In this document: positions 63,765-64,000 of the stretch, piece after piece
How the letters are laid out: every line of letters starts with the position of its first letter
How positions within the stretch are numbered: position 1 is the first letter of the stretch
Assembly: GCA_028534125.1 (NCBI GenBank)
Contig: CM052816.1
Span: 30,630,001-30,694,000 of the forward strand
Direction: 5' to 3'
Length of the DNA stretch: 64,000 nucleotides
Origin: Lama glama
Lineage: Eukaryota
The notes under the pieces: generated by a model
The model's database searches: none
Told to the model about the DNA's origin: nothing
Seen by the model: only the letters and a program-made list of their open reading frames with translations
Translations under genes and position numbers: made by a program

Positions 63765-64000
63765 GGCCAAAATGGCAGAGCAGAAAGACCCTGAGCTCAC
63801 CTCTTTTCATGGGCAAATCAAAATTTCTCCTATTTATAGAGCAACTACTGATGAGACAGACAGGAATCTAGCAGTGAAGACTTCTACAACTCAAGATAGA
63901 AGATAGAAGGAAGGGAATACAATGAGAAGGGTAGGAAGGGTGGAGTCATGTGTAGTTAAGGCCCGTATGCCTGGGTAGATGACAAAAAAAAAAAAATGGA
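63765..64000 (+). mobile_element. L1 5'UTR start, running off the window edge
   Basis: ccaaaatggcagagcagaaagaccctgagctcacctc shares ctgagctcacctc with 46058; ctatttatagagcaactactgatgag. Confidence 0.75.

Noticed and set aside
1..64000. ORFs in the six-frame track as genes
   Set aside because: All are 159 aa or shorter, many start at non-ATG codons or lie in repeats, and none resembles a cellular protein I recognise. This is the expected background for non-coding mammalian DNA.
1..64000. CRISPR array, operon or other prokaryote-style system; CpG-island promoter
   Set aside because: No regularly spaced repeats or dense ORFs. The GC-rich patches are L1 5'UTRs with depleted CpG.

Overview
This is AT-rich, CpG-poor, repeat-laden mammalian DNA, either intergenic or from a long intron. 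It is most likely camelid, judged from a vic-1-like tRNA-derived SINE at 16.3-16.5 kb and recurrent artiodactyl/camelid-type L1 3' ends, with no Alu, B1/B2, Bov-A/BovB or PRE1 seen. I could not support any protein-coding host gene, RNA gene or CRISPR-like array. The supplied ORFs are chance frames or decayed L1 sequence. A large part of the window is fossil transposons: L1 (three co-oriented 5'UTR-bearing copies, one near-full-length with two internal deletions), L2, MIR, MaLR/ERVL/ERV1 LTRs and hAT MITEs. The most notable structures are a 5'-inverted young L1 nested inside a 5'-inverted old L1, an L1 lacking most of EN and the RT core and carrying a ~200-bp non-L1 filler, two small template-switch scars, a compact STAT/TEAD/AP-1-NRF2/FOX motif cluster, and several repeat-free homeobox/TALE-rich blocks that resemble conserved enhancers. 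I found no convincing evidence of a novel biological system. Repeat subfamily names come from recalled consensus sequences, and boundaries are approximate.
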